Position numbers and translations under genes: made by a program. Shown here one piece after another: positions 9,701 to 20,067 of a stretch of 64,000 nucleotides of DNA; positions within the stretch are counted from its first letter, which is position 1, and each line of letters begins with the position of its first letter. The notes under the pieces are model-generated. The model was not told the origin of the DNA. It made no database searches and saw only the letters and a program-made list of their open reading frames with translations. Origin of the DNA: Macrostomum hystrix (Eukaryota; Animalia; Platyhelminthes); contig CATNEN010000003.1 in the NCBI GenBank assembly GCA_950097015.1, forward strand, positions 4,588,001 to 4,652,000, written 5' to 3'.

Positions 9701-12700
9701 GGGAAAAAGAGAAGTAGAGTGGGAGGAAGAGAGGTTGAGTGGGAGGAAGAGAGGTAGAGTGGGAGGAAGAGAGGTAGAGTGGGAAAAAGAGAAGTAGAGT
9801 GGGAGGAAGAGAGGTTGAGTGGGAGGAAGAGAGGTAGAGTGGGAGGAAGAGAAGTAGAGTGGGAGGAAGAGAGGTAGAGTGGGAGGAAGAGAGGTAGAGT
9901 GGAGAAACGAGGAAGCTGGTTATAAGGAGACTCTTTTCATTTTTCTTATACCTTTATATTATTATATTATATTACATTATATCAAAATAGATAATATCAT
10001 ATATTATATATATATATACCAATCTATCAAGATCACATTTATGGTAACTTACTTTTCCACGCGGAACAAAGACGCATTGCGATCGAAAATCGAAGACTTC
10101 AGGATCGTCTGGCTGTCATCTAAATATTTTAGACAGGCTTTCTTGAGTTCTGCTTTTTGTGAAACACTTAAAGGAGTGATTGTAGAGATTGTGGAAGACA
10201 TGCTACCTCTTTTATAGATCAGATACATGCTTAATCAATCTTATTCAGCAATTTTTAGTTCGTATTGCTGGCTGTGCTGTCACTCCCCTGCTATTCCTGT
10301 CACTCCCCTGCTATTCCTGTCACTCCCCTGCTATTCCTGTCACTCCCCTGCTATTCCTGTCACTCCCCTGCTATTCCTGTCACTCCCCTGCTATTCCTGT
10401 CACTCCCCTGCTATTCCTGTCACTCCCCTGCTATTCCTGTCACTCCCCTGCTACCCCTGTCACTCCCCTGCTATCCTTGTCACTCCCCTGCTACCCCTGT
10501 GACTCCCCTGCTATCCTTGTCACTCCCCTGCTATCCTTGTCACTCCCCTGCTATCCTTGTCACTCCCCTGCTATCCTTATCACTCCCCTGCTATCCTTGT
10601 CACTCCCCTGCTATCCTTGTCACTCCCCTGCTATCCTTGTCACTCCCGTGCTATCCCTGTCACTCCCCTGCCATCCCTGTCACTCCCCTGCTATCCCTGT
10701 CACTCCCCTTATATATCTGTCACTCGTGCAAATGGATAGTGTAGGCCACTCGACCGTAAAGCAAATATTTGTTTAGGTGATTGATTTCTAGGCTAGACCA
10801 TACAATACAAGCACTTACTGAGCAGATGCACTGTCGTATTTGGCATTCGGTCCCTTTGAGCCACCTGCTGATCTGGCCTGGAAGTCTGCAGTTCAATCAG
10901 AACATTAGCCGCTTCGATCTTACCCCGAAGCGAAATCTTCCATCGACATAGTCGGGCTTGAAGTTTGTCATCTGCATTCCAGGTTGAGGAATACAGCTCC
11001 AAGTCAGTGTCGTGCTGAACTTCTAACTCAGAACCAGCGTTATGTCCGCCGTGGCAATAGAGTTTGTTTGAGGCCGTGCTTCTGGCAGAAATTTATTATA
11101 TTAACATTTAATTTAATTCTTTAATTACGATCTTTTAGGAGCGGAAGCAGGTAAAAAGCTCTTCTTTTGATAAAATATACCTAACATGTTGCACCATTGA
11201 ATTTTAGCTGAAAAGTTAATCTTCATTCTAATTTATTTTTCTTTGTGGTCCTAAGTGGTACTAAGTGGTCCTTGGCTCCAATAGTTAAAGGTTTTCAATA
11301 GATATGCAAATATTGATTGAGATAATAGTAGCACACTTACGGTCCAACTCCGAGCAGAATGACGAATAGACAAATAAGGATAAGTCGCAAGAGACCCTCA
11401 GGACATGTAACCTTGCGGGGCATGTTTTGGTGCCGTCAAAGAAAATTTTTCTTTTACCAGACGAGTGAATTTACGGTTATGGCTTCGCGCAGTTTTCGTT
11501 ACTATTTATAATTTCGTAATTGCAGTCTTGAAGTGTTATCTATTTTTAGTCATTACGAGCGGTATGGCTTCACATTTTTGTCCCCGATGTTCAGGCAATA
11601 AAATAGTGAGACAAGAATGCAGCAATCAAACTGCTTGATCAAGGTTTTAATTAGTTAGTAAACGGGCAATTGATGCAGTTACCTGTTTAACAATCGTCGC
11701 ATTTGGTAGCCAACTTGACGCTCGAAATCTATCTTGACGTTCGACATCTACATCTAGACGTTCGACATCCGTCTAGACGTTCGACATACATCTAGATGTT
11801 CGATATCTACCTTGAAGTTAGAAATCAATCTTGACGTTTGACATAAATCTTGACGTTCGACCTCCGTCTTGATGTTCGACATCTATCTTGTCGTTCGACA
11901 TCCGTCCTGACGTTCGACATCTATCTTGTCGTTCGACATCCGTCGTGACGTTCGACATCTATCTTGTCGTTCAACATATATCTTGTCGTTCGACATCCGT
12001 CGTGACGTTCGACATCTATCTTGTCGTTCTACATCTATCTTGTCGTTCGACATCTATCTTGTCGTTCAACATCTATCTTATCGTTCGACATCCGTCGTGA
12101 CGTTCGACATCTATCTTGTCGCTCGACATCCATCTTGTCGTTCTACATCTATCTTGTCGTTCAACATATATCTTGTCGTTCGACATCCGTCGTGACGTTC
12201 GACATCTATCTTGTCGTTCTACATCTATCTTGTCGTTCTACATCTATCTTGTCGTTCGACATCTATCTTGTCGTTCAACATCTATCTTGTCGTTCGACAT
12301 CCGTCCTGACGTTCGACATCTATCTTGTCGTTCGACATCCGTCGTGACGTTCGACATCTATCTTGTCGCTCGACATCTATCTTGTCATTCGACATCTATC
12401 TTGTCGTTCGACATCTATCTTGTCGTTCGACATCTATCTTGTCGTTCGACATCTATCTTGTCGTTCTACATCTATCTTGTCGTTCAACATCTATCTTGTC
12501 GTCAGACATCCGTCCTGTCGTTCGACATCTATCTTGTCGTTCGACATCTATCTTGTCGTTCAACATATATCTTGTCGTTCTACATCTATCTTGTCGTTCA
12601 ACATCTATCTTGTCGTTCAACATATATCTTGTCGTTCGACATCCGTCCTGACGTTCGACATCTATCTTGTCGTTCGACATCCGTCGTGACGTTCGACATC

Positions 12701-13384
12701 TATCTTGTCGTTAGACATCTACCTTGATGCTAGACATCCATATTGACGTTGAGCATCCATCTCGACGATCGAGGTCCCATGCTTGACGTTTGACGTTCAG
12801 AACTGCCGAAAACCATATGTTTTGAGTTGGACGCCCGTATTGACGTACGACGACTAGCATGTATCGAAACACGATGCTCTTGCAAAGCTGATCCTTCCGT
12901 TGCTTGCAACTCGAAAATGACTTGAATTTACCCGCTATAGTTTCTTTCCACCACTAGGCCACAATATTTCTGTTTAACACAGCATCGCTTTTGGTGAACC
13001 CGTGGCCAACCCAAGGCAGTTCCACGGCAAACCCATCGCGAATTAATGCTTTGGTAGATTGCACATTTACCAGAAAGGATCTAGTTTTTTACTTAACTCC
13101 TATCTGCAATTACTTCAAGAGCAAACTCAGCTATGTTTCTAAGGTGGTTGTCAATAAATCGCAAAAAATCGAAAGCATTTCTTATCGATTTTGGAACATG
13201 GAACTGTGGCAGCTGGGATAGTAGACGCTCTATTATTAGCGTCTGGACTGCTTGTCCAGCACGGTAAGGTTTGTAGGATAGTCAGACAGAAAAGTGGCGT
13301 GGCTTGGTATGCCGCTGAGTTCAAGAGAGGTTTTGAGCCGAGAGCCAAAACAGTTGCAAAGCAGTGCAATAAAAATATATGCAT
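6719..13384 (-). CDS. Uncharacterised type I single-pass membrane protein, paralogue A (multi-exon; some joins not clean)
   Basis: Approximate exons: 13384-~13090 (signal peptide MHIFLLHCFATVLALG), ~11090-10819, ~10205-10049, ~9140-9070, 8456-8232, 7644-7493, ~7150-6719 (TM YVVLAFVLSLILLASAAAFVVY, tail ending QYESIAMTA). Exon-by-exon similarity to paralogue B. Frame problems in the first exon and at two joins. Confidence 0.62.
8012..8197 (-). mobile_element. tRNA-SINE family 1, 5' part
   Basis: Minus-strand head GGGGGTCGGTGGCAGAGCGGTTAACGCG (A box) ... GTTCGATTCC (B box); homologous to 16100-16247. Confidence 0.85.
8505..8860. repeat. GA-rich simple repeat (AGAGAAG)n
   Basis: Visible purine 7-mer array. 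Confidence 0.85.
9156..9903. repeat. 20-bp minisatellite (GAGTGGGAGGAAGAGAGGTA)
   Basis: Direct tandem array with 2-3 unit variants. Confidence 0.97.
10277..10725. repeat. 20-bp minisatellite (CTGTCACTCCCCTGCTATTC)
   Basis: Direct tandem array. Confidence 0.97.
11715..12790. repeat. 19-bp minisatellite (TCGTTCGACATCTATCTTG)
   Basis: Direct tandem array with degenerate edges. Confidence 0.97.
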
Positions 13385-13647
13385 ACCACGTTGCTATAGA
13401 AACATTTTCTTCACTAAGTTTTTTAGCTTTTAACTATAGAACGTTAATTGCACGAACTGAGCTCGTCAAAAATCGTCAACAAGTATATGCCTTAAACAAT
13501 ATAGTTTAAACAATTAGACTACTTGTTGTCGTTGTGTCCAATAAATTATATAATAATATTTGCAGCAGAGTTGTGGCCAGGGGGATAGGACTTCTATAAA
13601 TGGTATATAAGTAATATTTAGAGGTCCTTGGCCGTCGGTACTATCGC

Positions 13648-13860
13648 ATCATTTGGTCACACTAGACCCGCAGCCAGCGAGGAGGCAATTCTGCCCATTT
13701 CGCTGACTCCTGAGCACACACGTACAAACACATGCACACACACAAATACTGTACGCTGGCACACACACACATGCATACACACACATACTGTACGCTGGCA
13801 CACACACACATGCACACACACAAATACTGTACGCTGGCACACACTCACGCAGGTGCGTGG
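13648..13860 (-). mobile_element. tRNA-SINE family 1, internal/3' fragment with expanded CA-rich segment
   Basis: CATTTGGTCACACTAGACCCGCAGCCAGCGAGGAGGCAATTCTGCCCATTTCGCTGACTCCTGAGC matches 15966-16031. Confidence 0.85.
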
Positions 13861-14222
13861 CCTGGCTCTCTCTTGCTACCCACCCACCTTTCTACGTGCA
13901 TATGCAAAAATGAAATTCACAATTGATGATGCAAATGCAGAGAAGTCGCAAAATTAAATGTATTTTATTGCTAAAAGCTGTTAATTTATTAGTGACAATA
14001 ATTTCGAATGTAACAGTAGAACAAAACAGGTGAACTGAAGCCATGCAAAGTTGTGAGTTTTGCTAAAGAACACAAATTTTTCCAGCGGCGTAGGGAATCG
14101 AACCCCCGATCTTCATATTGGTCATTCTACACTAGGTACAGAATGCATGACAGGAAAGAATATATATATACAAGCAACTGAATGTGAATATGCATTGAAT
14201 TCGGAATGGTAGATCAGCATTG

Positions 14223-17200
14223 TCAAGCGGTGTCGCCATTTGGCGTTGAGGACAGAATCAAAGGAAAAAGCGAGCTCGTTCCGTTCGCATTGCTGTTTGC
14301 ATTGTGGCGTTTCTTGTAAATGAGGATCTTGATCCCTATAGCGACAAAAATGAAAACAACGACTGCAACTAAAATTACAACTCCTAAAATTATTGTACTA
14401 TAATTTTTCTTATCATCTTTTTCGTCTTTCGCACAGGTGGCTAGAGTTCTGTATAGGTTTCCTGTGTGCAACAGATGAAGGTCAAGCAGCACCTGCAGTT
14501 GATTAGTGCTGTTCTTGTCAATAGAGGCTGACTGATTGGATGTACTTTTAAACCTTGCGTATCTATCAACGCCTCTCGGCAGCGTTAAAACGCTTGCTGA
14601 CAGTCCAGCGGTTTGGCTGAAAGGTTTGAGATCAGACTGCTATTTGTCAGTGCTTGATTAACTTTGTTTTAATTAACGAGGTCGCAGCTTCCCCTGGGGA
14701 GAGAATCGAACCCCTGACCTCTTGTTCAGATTACCGAAGCACGAACTCTAGACACTGGGCAACAAGCTCAGTTTTGATTCGAGAATAAGCATAACAGATG
14801 GGAGGGTCAGGGGCAGAGCTTTAACACGTTCGATTCCCCGGGGAGGCAACGTTAATTTGGGGCGCAGCCAAGGAGAGAAGGCTTGGGGGGCTGATCGTGC
14901 AATTTACGCCTCAAGGGGCCAACCTCCAAGACACAGTGAGAGTGTACACTGCACTGTGTGCCTGCGTACAGTATCTGTGTGCGTGTGTGCTCAGGAGTCA
15001 GCGAAATGGGCAGAATTGCCTCCTCGCTGGCTGCGGGTCTAGTGTCACCGAATGGTGCGCCATTGCCCGCAGCCCTCCAGCAACTATTAGTTATTAACTA
15101 AGCCCAATTGATTTGGACGTCGTTGACTAATTAATATTTATTGAGAGTTCTAAACCTACCAAACGCTGGCGTTTTCAAGCCCTGCCACAGGTAGGATGCG
15201 GCTGTGACCAAATTGGTCAACCATCGGATAATGCACAGAGGAGTTGCAGCACACAAGACCCATAGCAATGCGCCCAATGCCTGCCAATGCTTCGCTGACG
15301 GTATCAGAAACTGAAATTGTAAAGATGAAAGACGTGTTAGCTCCTTCTAATACGCTGCAACGAGATATTTTAAAGTACTTTAGTGTGTCTTTTAACTCCA
15401 TTAGGGCATACTAAATACTTCTGCTACTCGAAGATGAACACCGCTGGTTAACACCTCAGTGGCCTATAAAATAGAGGCTGCCACGAGGGTTTTGGGATCA
15501 CCAGCGAGGATTTCGGATCACCAGCGAGTATTTGGCATTACCAGCGAGGATTTGGGATCACCAGCGAGGATTTGGGATCACCAGCGAGGATTTGGGATCA
15601 ACAGCGAGGATTTGGGATCAACAGCGAGGATTTGGGATCAACAGCGAGGATTTGGGATCACCAGCGAGGATTTGGGATCACCAGCGAGGATTTGGGATCA
15701 CCAGCGAGGATTTGGGATCACCAGCGAGGATTTGGGATCAACAGCGAGGATTTGGGATCAACAGCGAGGATTTGGGATCACCAGCGAGGATTTGGGATCA
15801 CCAGCGAGGATTTGGGATCAACAGCGAGGATTTGGGATCAACAGCGAGGATTTGGGATCACCAGCGAGGATTTGGGATTACCAGCGAGGATTTGGGATTG
15901 CCATTGAGAAGACTTTTTATAGAATAATAATAATAATTGCAGGAGGGCTGCGGGCAATGGCACATCATTTGGTGACACTAGACCCGCAGCCAGCGAGGAG
16001 GCAATTCTGCCCATTTCGCTGACTCCTGAGCACACACTCACACAGATACCGTACGCAGGCACACGCTCACACAGGTGTGTACATCTGCCCTGACTTTCTC
16101 ATCGTGCCTTGGAGGTTGCACGACAAGCCCCCAAAGACTTCTCTACGCGGCTGCGGCCCAAATGATAGTGGCCTCGCCGTGGATTCGAACTTAGGGACCT
16201 TTGGTGCGAGAGGCAAACGCGTCAACCGCTCTGCCACCGACCCCCCTGACTCTTTATAGAAGAGATTTGCATGCATAATAATTACTGGAGCGGCAAACGT
16301 TGAGCAGAAAAAACTTACAAATTATGTCGGAGCTGTTAAAACGAGCCGCTAAATCCTGGAAGATTCTGCAGTTGAATAATGGTGTCGAGCCGCATAAATA
16401 TTCGGCAGGTAATACGACGAATCGGGTGGAGTCGTTAAGCCGTGTCACATTACTTGGCGCCCATTCAATAATTGATACCGCTAGCCTTAGGAACAGGTAG
16501 TCGTTCATTGTGGCAGCGGTAGCATTGTCAACGTTCATCTCGATTATGAGTTGTTGCTTCCTATTTCCAATAAAAAAGAGGAGAAGTGCTTACGTGGTGT
16601 TCAGCCTAGCTTATTTCATTTCATTTGTTTAATTTTATTTAAGAAGATTGCATTCCATTGGGAGATTGCACCCCAAGTGGGAGATTACACCCCGGTGGGA
16701 GATTGCACACCCAGTGGGAGATTGCACACCCAGTGGGAGATTGCACCCTAGTGGGAGATTGCAACCCAGTGGGGGATTGCACCCCAAGTGGGAGATTACA
16801 CCCCGGTGGGAGATTGCACACCCAGTGGGAGATTGCACCCTAGTGGGAGATTACACCCCGAGTGGGAGAATACACCCCAAGTGGGAGATTGCAACCCAGT
16901 GGGAGATTGCACCCTAGTGGGAGATTGCACACCCAGTGGGAGATTGCACCCTAGTGGGAGATTACACCCCGAGTGGGAGAATACACCCCAAGTGGGAGAT
17001 TGCAACCCAGTGGGAGATTGCAACCCAGTGGGAGATTGCAACCCAGTGGGAGATTGCACCCCAGTGCATGCGAGATTAAACGATTTAACTTTCAGATTTA
17101 TCAAAAGGTAGCTTAAAATTTATATAGTACAATCCCAATTGAATGGATCACTAATTTTCTAAGAACGAATAAATAAATTAAGTTTTCTCCATGGTAGTTT

Positions 17201-18754
17201 TTTAGTTTAAATTAATTAATAAATTGATCGTTTTTGTTTCATCGTTTCTTTCGTATAAAATATCGTAAGAGCGGAAATAAATAAAAACAGGTTGAAAAAA
17301 GATCAGCTACTATATTTTACGCTTTCTAATAAAATAACAAAAAATGGGTGTTAAGAAGGTTATCAGTTGGGGATCAGCGATGAATCCGAACAAAGACCAC
17401 TAGGAAAACTTCGCTTTTAGTAGTTCTTGTGTCAAAATTTCAAAACGGCAAAAAAAACAACGGAAAAGCATTCCCTCGATACAAGTCATAGATGTGTCAC
17501 ATAAACATAAAGTACTCGTACTAAAGTTTAAAACTGCGTGTCAAGCTGATAGGACTCACCGAGTTAATACAATGCTTGAAACATTCCGTTCGCCCCAATC
17601 CATCGAGGACACCAACGTGCCACCACCTGCAAATGATTTGGGCCGTATTTCACATGTCAGTTTCCTACTGTTTATCTTGATACACATGTCTCTCTTTGTG
17701 GACACCTTAATTTCCAACGGACACCCTGGAAGACATCCATCTATCTGTCTGTGGACACCTCCCGTTCCTGCTGTTCCACTAAAAGAACTATCATATAGCT
17801 CTGTAGACAAGTCACTTTCATGTCTTCTAAAGGACAAAAGATACCCATTAATTTGTCTATAGACACCTCCCTTGTCTGCTTCCTCTCTTTAGAGACACCT
17901 GTCTGAATCTGTAGACATCTCCCTTGTTTACTGTCTGTCTATAGACACCTATCTTTGTCCGCGGACACCTCATCCACCCAGTTCTTACTAGTCACAGTCA
18001 GTGTGACATTTGGCAGCGCGTCTTCCAGCACGGCCATCTGATCATGACCTCGATGGAGCTGCAGCAGAATCCTAGCTTTCTGAACTGGACCATCTAGCTT
18101 CAGCGACCATCGACAGTTTCTGGCTTGATGCCGATACTCGTTCTGATAGCCGAGAAAGAAGATTGTAAACCCATGGCCGGGTTTAATAGGTAGGTCGCCT
18201 AGGTCATTTTCTCTGTAGCGGCAGCGCAAGACTTCATTATCGACCGCTCTGTTGAAATAAAAAAATACGAGTTAGTAGCGATATCACACCCTAGAAGTAT
18301 ATAAACCGTTTTATAGCCAACTCTGCATGCATAAATTAATAATTAAAAATGAAAAAAAATTTGACAAACCGGGCTGAAAAAAACTCTAAAAAAATGAAGA
18401 TGCAGACAGTATAACAAAGCTTCATCAACGTGATTAACAAATTCATTATAAACTGCTATCAATCTGAAATCTGAAAGAAGTCTGTCTGTAATGAGCTTGA
18501 ATTCAGCTAAATTCAGTTTTTTATGGAGTTTCGTGGGGTTTCGATTTTTAGTTCCATGTTTCAGTTCAACGCCAACGCCATTGGTCAACGCATGCAAAGG
18601 ACAGAGGTTTTGGGGTAGGCTCTTCTACACAGAAAACTTCTAGCCGCCACAAAGTGCCAGAATCTTTAAAGATCGCCATGGTGCCAGCCGGTACCAAAAT
18701 TTCAAGGAAAGTAAAACAAAGAGTTGTTGTTTGTAAAAAAATAAAACTATGCAT
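14223..18754 (-). CDS. Uncharacterised type I single-pass membrane protein, paralogue B (possibly disrupted)
   Basis: Approximate exons: 18754-~18400 (MHSFIFLQTTTLCFTFLEIL), ~18250-17989, ~17664-17560, ~16560-16319, ~15311-15159, ~14640-14223 (TM IILGVVILVAVVVFIFVAIGIKILIY-KKR). Several splice phases match paralogue A. One exon of A has no visible counterpart and two joins shift frame. Confidence 0.58.
14800..15096 (+). mobile_element. tRNA-SINE family 1, near full length (head partly deleted)
   Basis: GGGAGGGTCAGGGGCAGAGC...GTTCGATTCC head, conserved core and (TTA)-like tail. Confidence 0.85.
15483..15900. repeat. 20-bp minisatellite (CCAGCGAGGATTTGGGATCA)
   Basis: Direct tandem array. Confidence 0.97.
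15925..16247 (-). mobile_element. Full-length tRNA-derived SINE (family 1) with target-site duplication
   Basis: A box TGGCAGAGCGG, B box GTTCGAATCC, core, hairpin, (ATT)n tail. 14-bp TSD GACT(T/C)TTTATAGAA at 15911-15924 and 16248-16261 (1 mismatch). Confidence 0.92.
16657..17066. repeat. 18-20-bp minisatellite (CCCAGTGGGAGATTGCAC)
   Basis: Direct tandem array. Confidence 0.95.
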
Positions 18755-18859
18755 TTATTTTACTTGTTCACAATTAGCACGAAAAGATAAAATAAAAAAA
18801 ATAGTTTTATCACGTATTTTTTTGGCCTCAATTGTTGGTTGAAAAGTGTTTTATGCATT

Positions 18860-19830
18860 CTATCTATCCACTGTCTCATCTATCCACTGTCTCATCTATC
18901 CACTGTCTCATCTCTCCACTGTCTCATCTCTCCACTGTCTCATCTATCCACTGTCTCATCTATCCACTGTCTCATCTATCCACTGTCTCATCTATCCACT
19001 GTCTCATCTATCCACTGTCTCATCTATCCACTGTCTCATCTATCCACTGTCTCATCTATCCACTGTCTCATCTATCCACTGTCTCATCTATCCACTGTCT
19101 CATCTCTCCACTGTCTCATCTCTCCACTGTCTCATCTCTCCACTGTCTCATCTATCCACTGTCTCATTTCTCCACTGTCTCATCTCTCCACTGTCTCATC
19201 TCTCCACTGTCTCATCTATCCACTGTCTCATCTCTCCACTGTCTCATCTATCCACTGTCTCATCTATCCACTGTCTCATCTATCCACTGTCTCATCTCTC
19301 AACTGTCTCATCTCTCCACTGTCTCATCTCTCCACTGTCTCATCTCTCCACTGTCTCATCTATCCACTGTCTCATCTATCCACTGTCTCATCTCTCCACT
19401 GTCTCATCTCTCCACTGTCTCATCTATCCACTGTCTCATCTATCCACTGTCTCATCTATCCACTGTCTCATCTCTCCACTGTCTCATCTCTCCACTGTCT
19501 CATCTATCCACTGTCTCATCTCTCCACTGTCTCATCTATCCACTGTCTCATCTATCCACTGTCTCATCTATCCACTGTCTCATCTATCCACTGTCTCATC
19601 TATCCACTGTCTCATCTATCCACTGTCTCATCTATCCACTGTCTCATCTATCCACTGTCTCATCTCTCCACTGTCTCATCTATCCACTGTCTCATCTATC
19701 CACTGTCTCATCTCTCCACTGTCTCATCTATCCACTGTCTCATCTATCCACTGTCTCATATCTCCACTGTCTCACCTATCCACTCTCTCATCTATCCACT
19801 GTCTTATCTCTCCAGGGTCTGATCTATCCA
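18860..19830. repeat. 16-bp minisatellite (TATCCACTGTCTCATC)
   Basis: Direct tandem array; explains the spurious ORFs in all three + frames. Confidence 0.98.
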
Positions 19831-20067
19831 AGTTCGCTAAATCTTTAAGATATGTCTGTCCAGCCCAGGAAACCCAGTTTTAGCAATAGTTTGGATCAGC
19901 TCAAGATCAGCTAATATGGCAGTTTTACACTAATTTGCACTCATTAAACTAGCAGCTAAGCTTGCACAAATTTTAGTTCCACATTTAAACACCTTAATCG
20001 CCATTGGTCTCGCGGTATTTGGGCAGGCTGGGTGGGCAGGTGGGGTGGGTGGACTTCGCTCTTATTC

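Noticed and set aside
14085-14765. tRNA genes (also ~38580-38650, ~43815-43880, ~46550-46625)
   Set aside because: Only B-box-like remnants, no complete cloverleaf; better explained as decayed SINE heads.
9156-19830. Regular repeat arrays as CRISPR
   Set aside because: Head-to-tail units with no unique spacers, no cas genes, eukaryotic intronic context.
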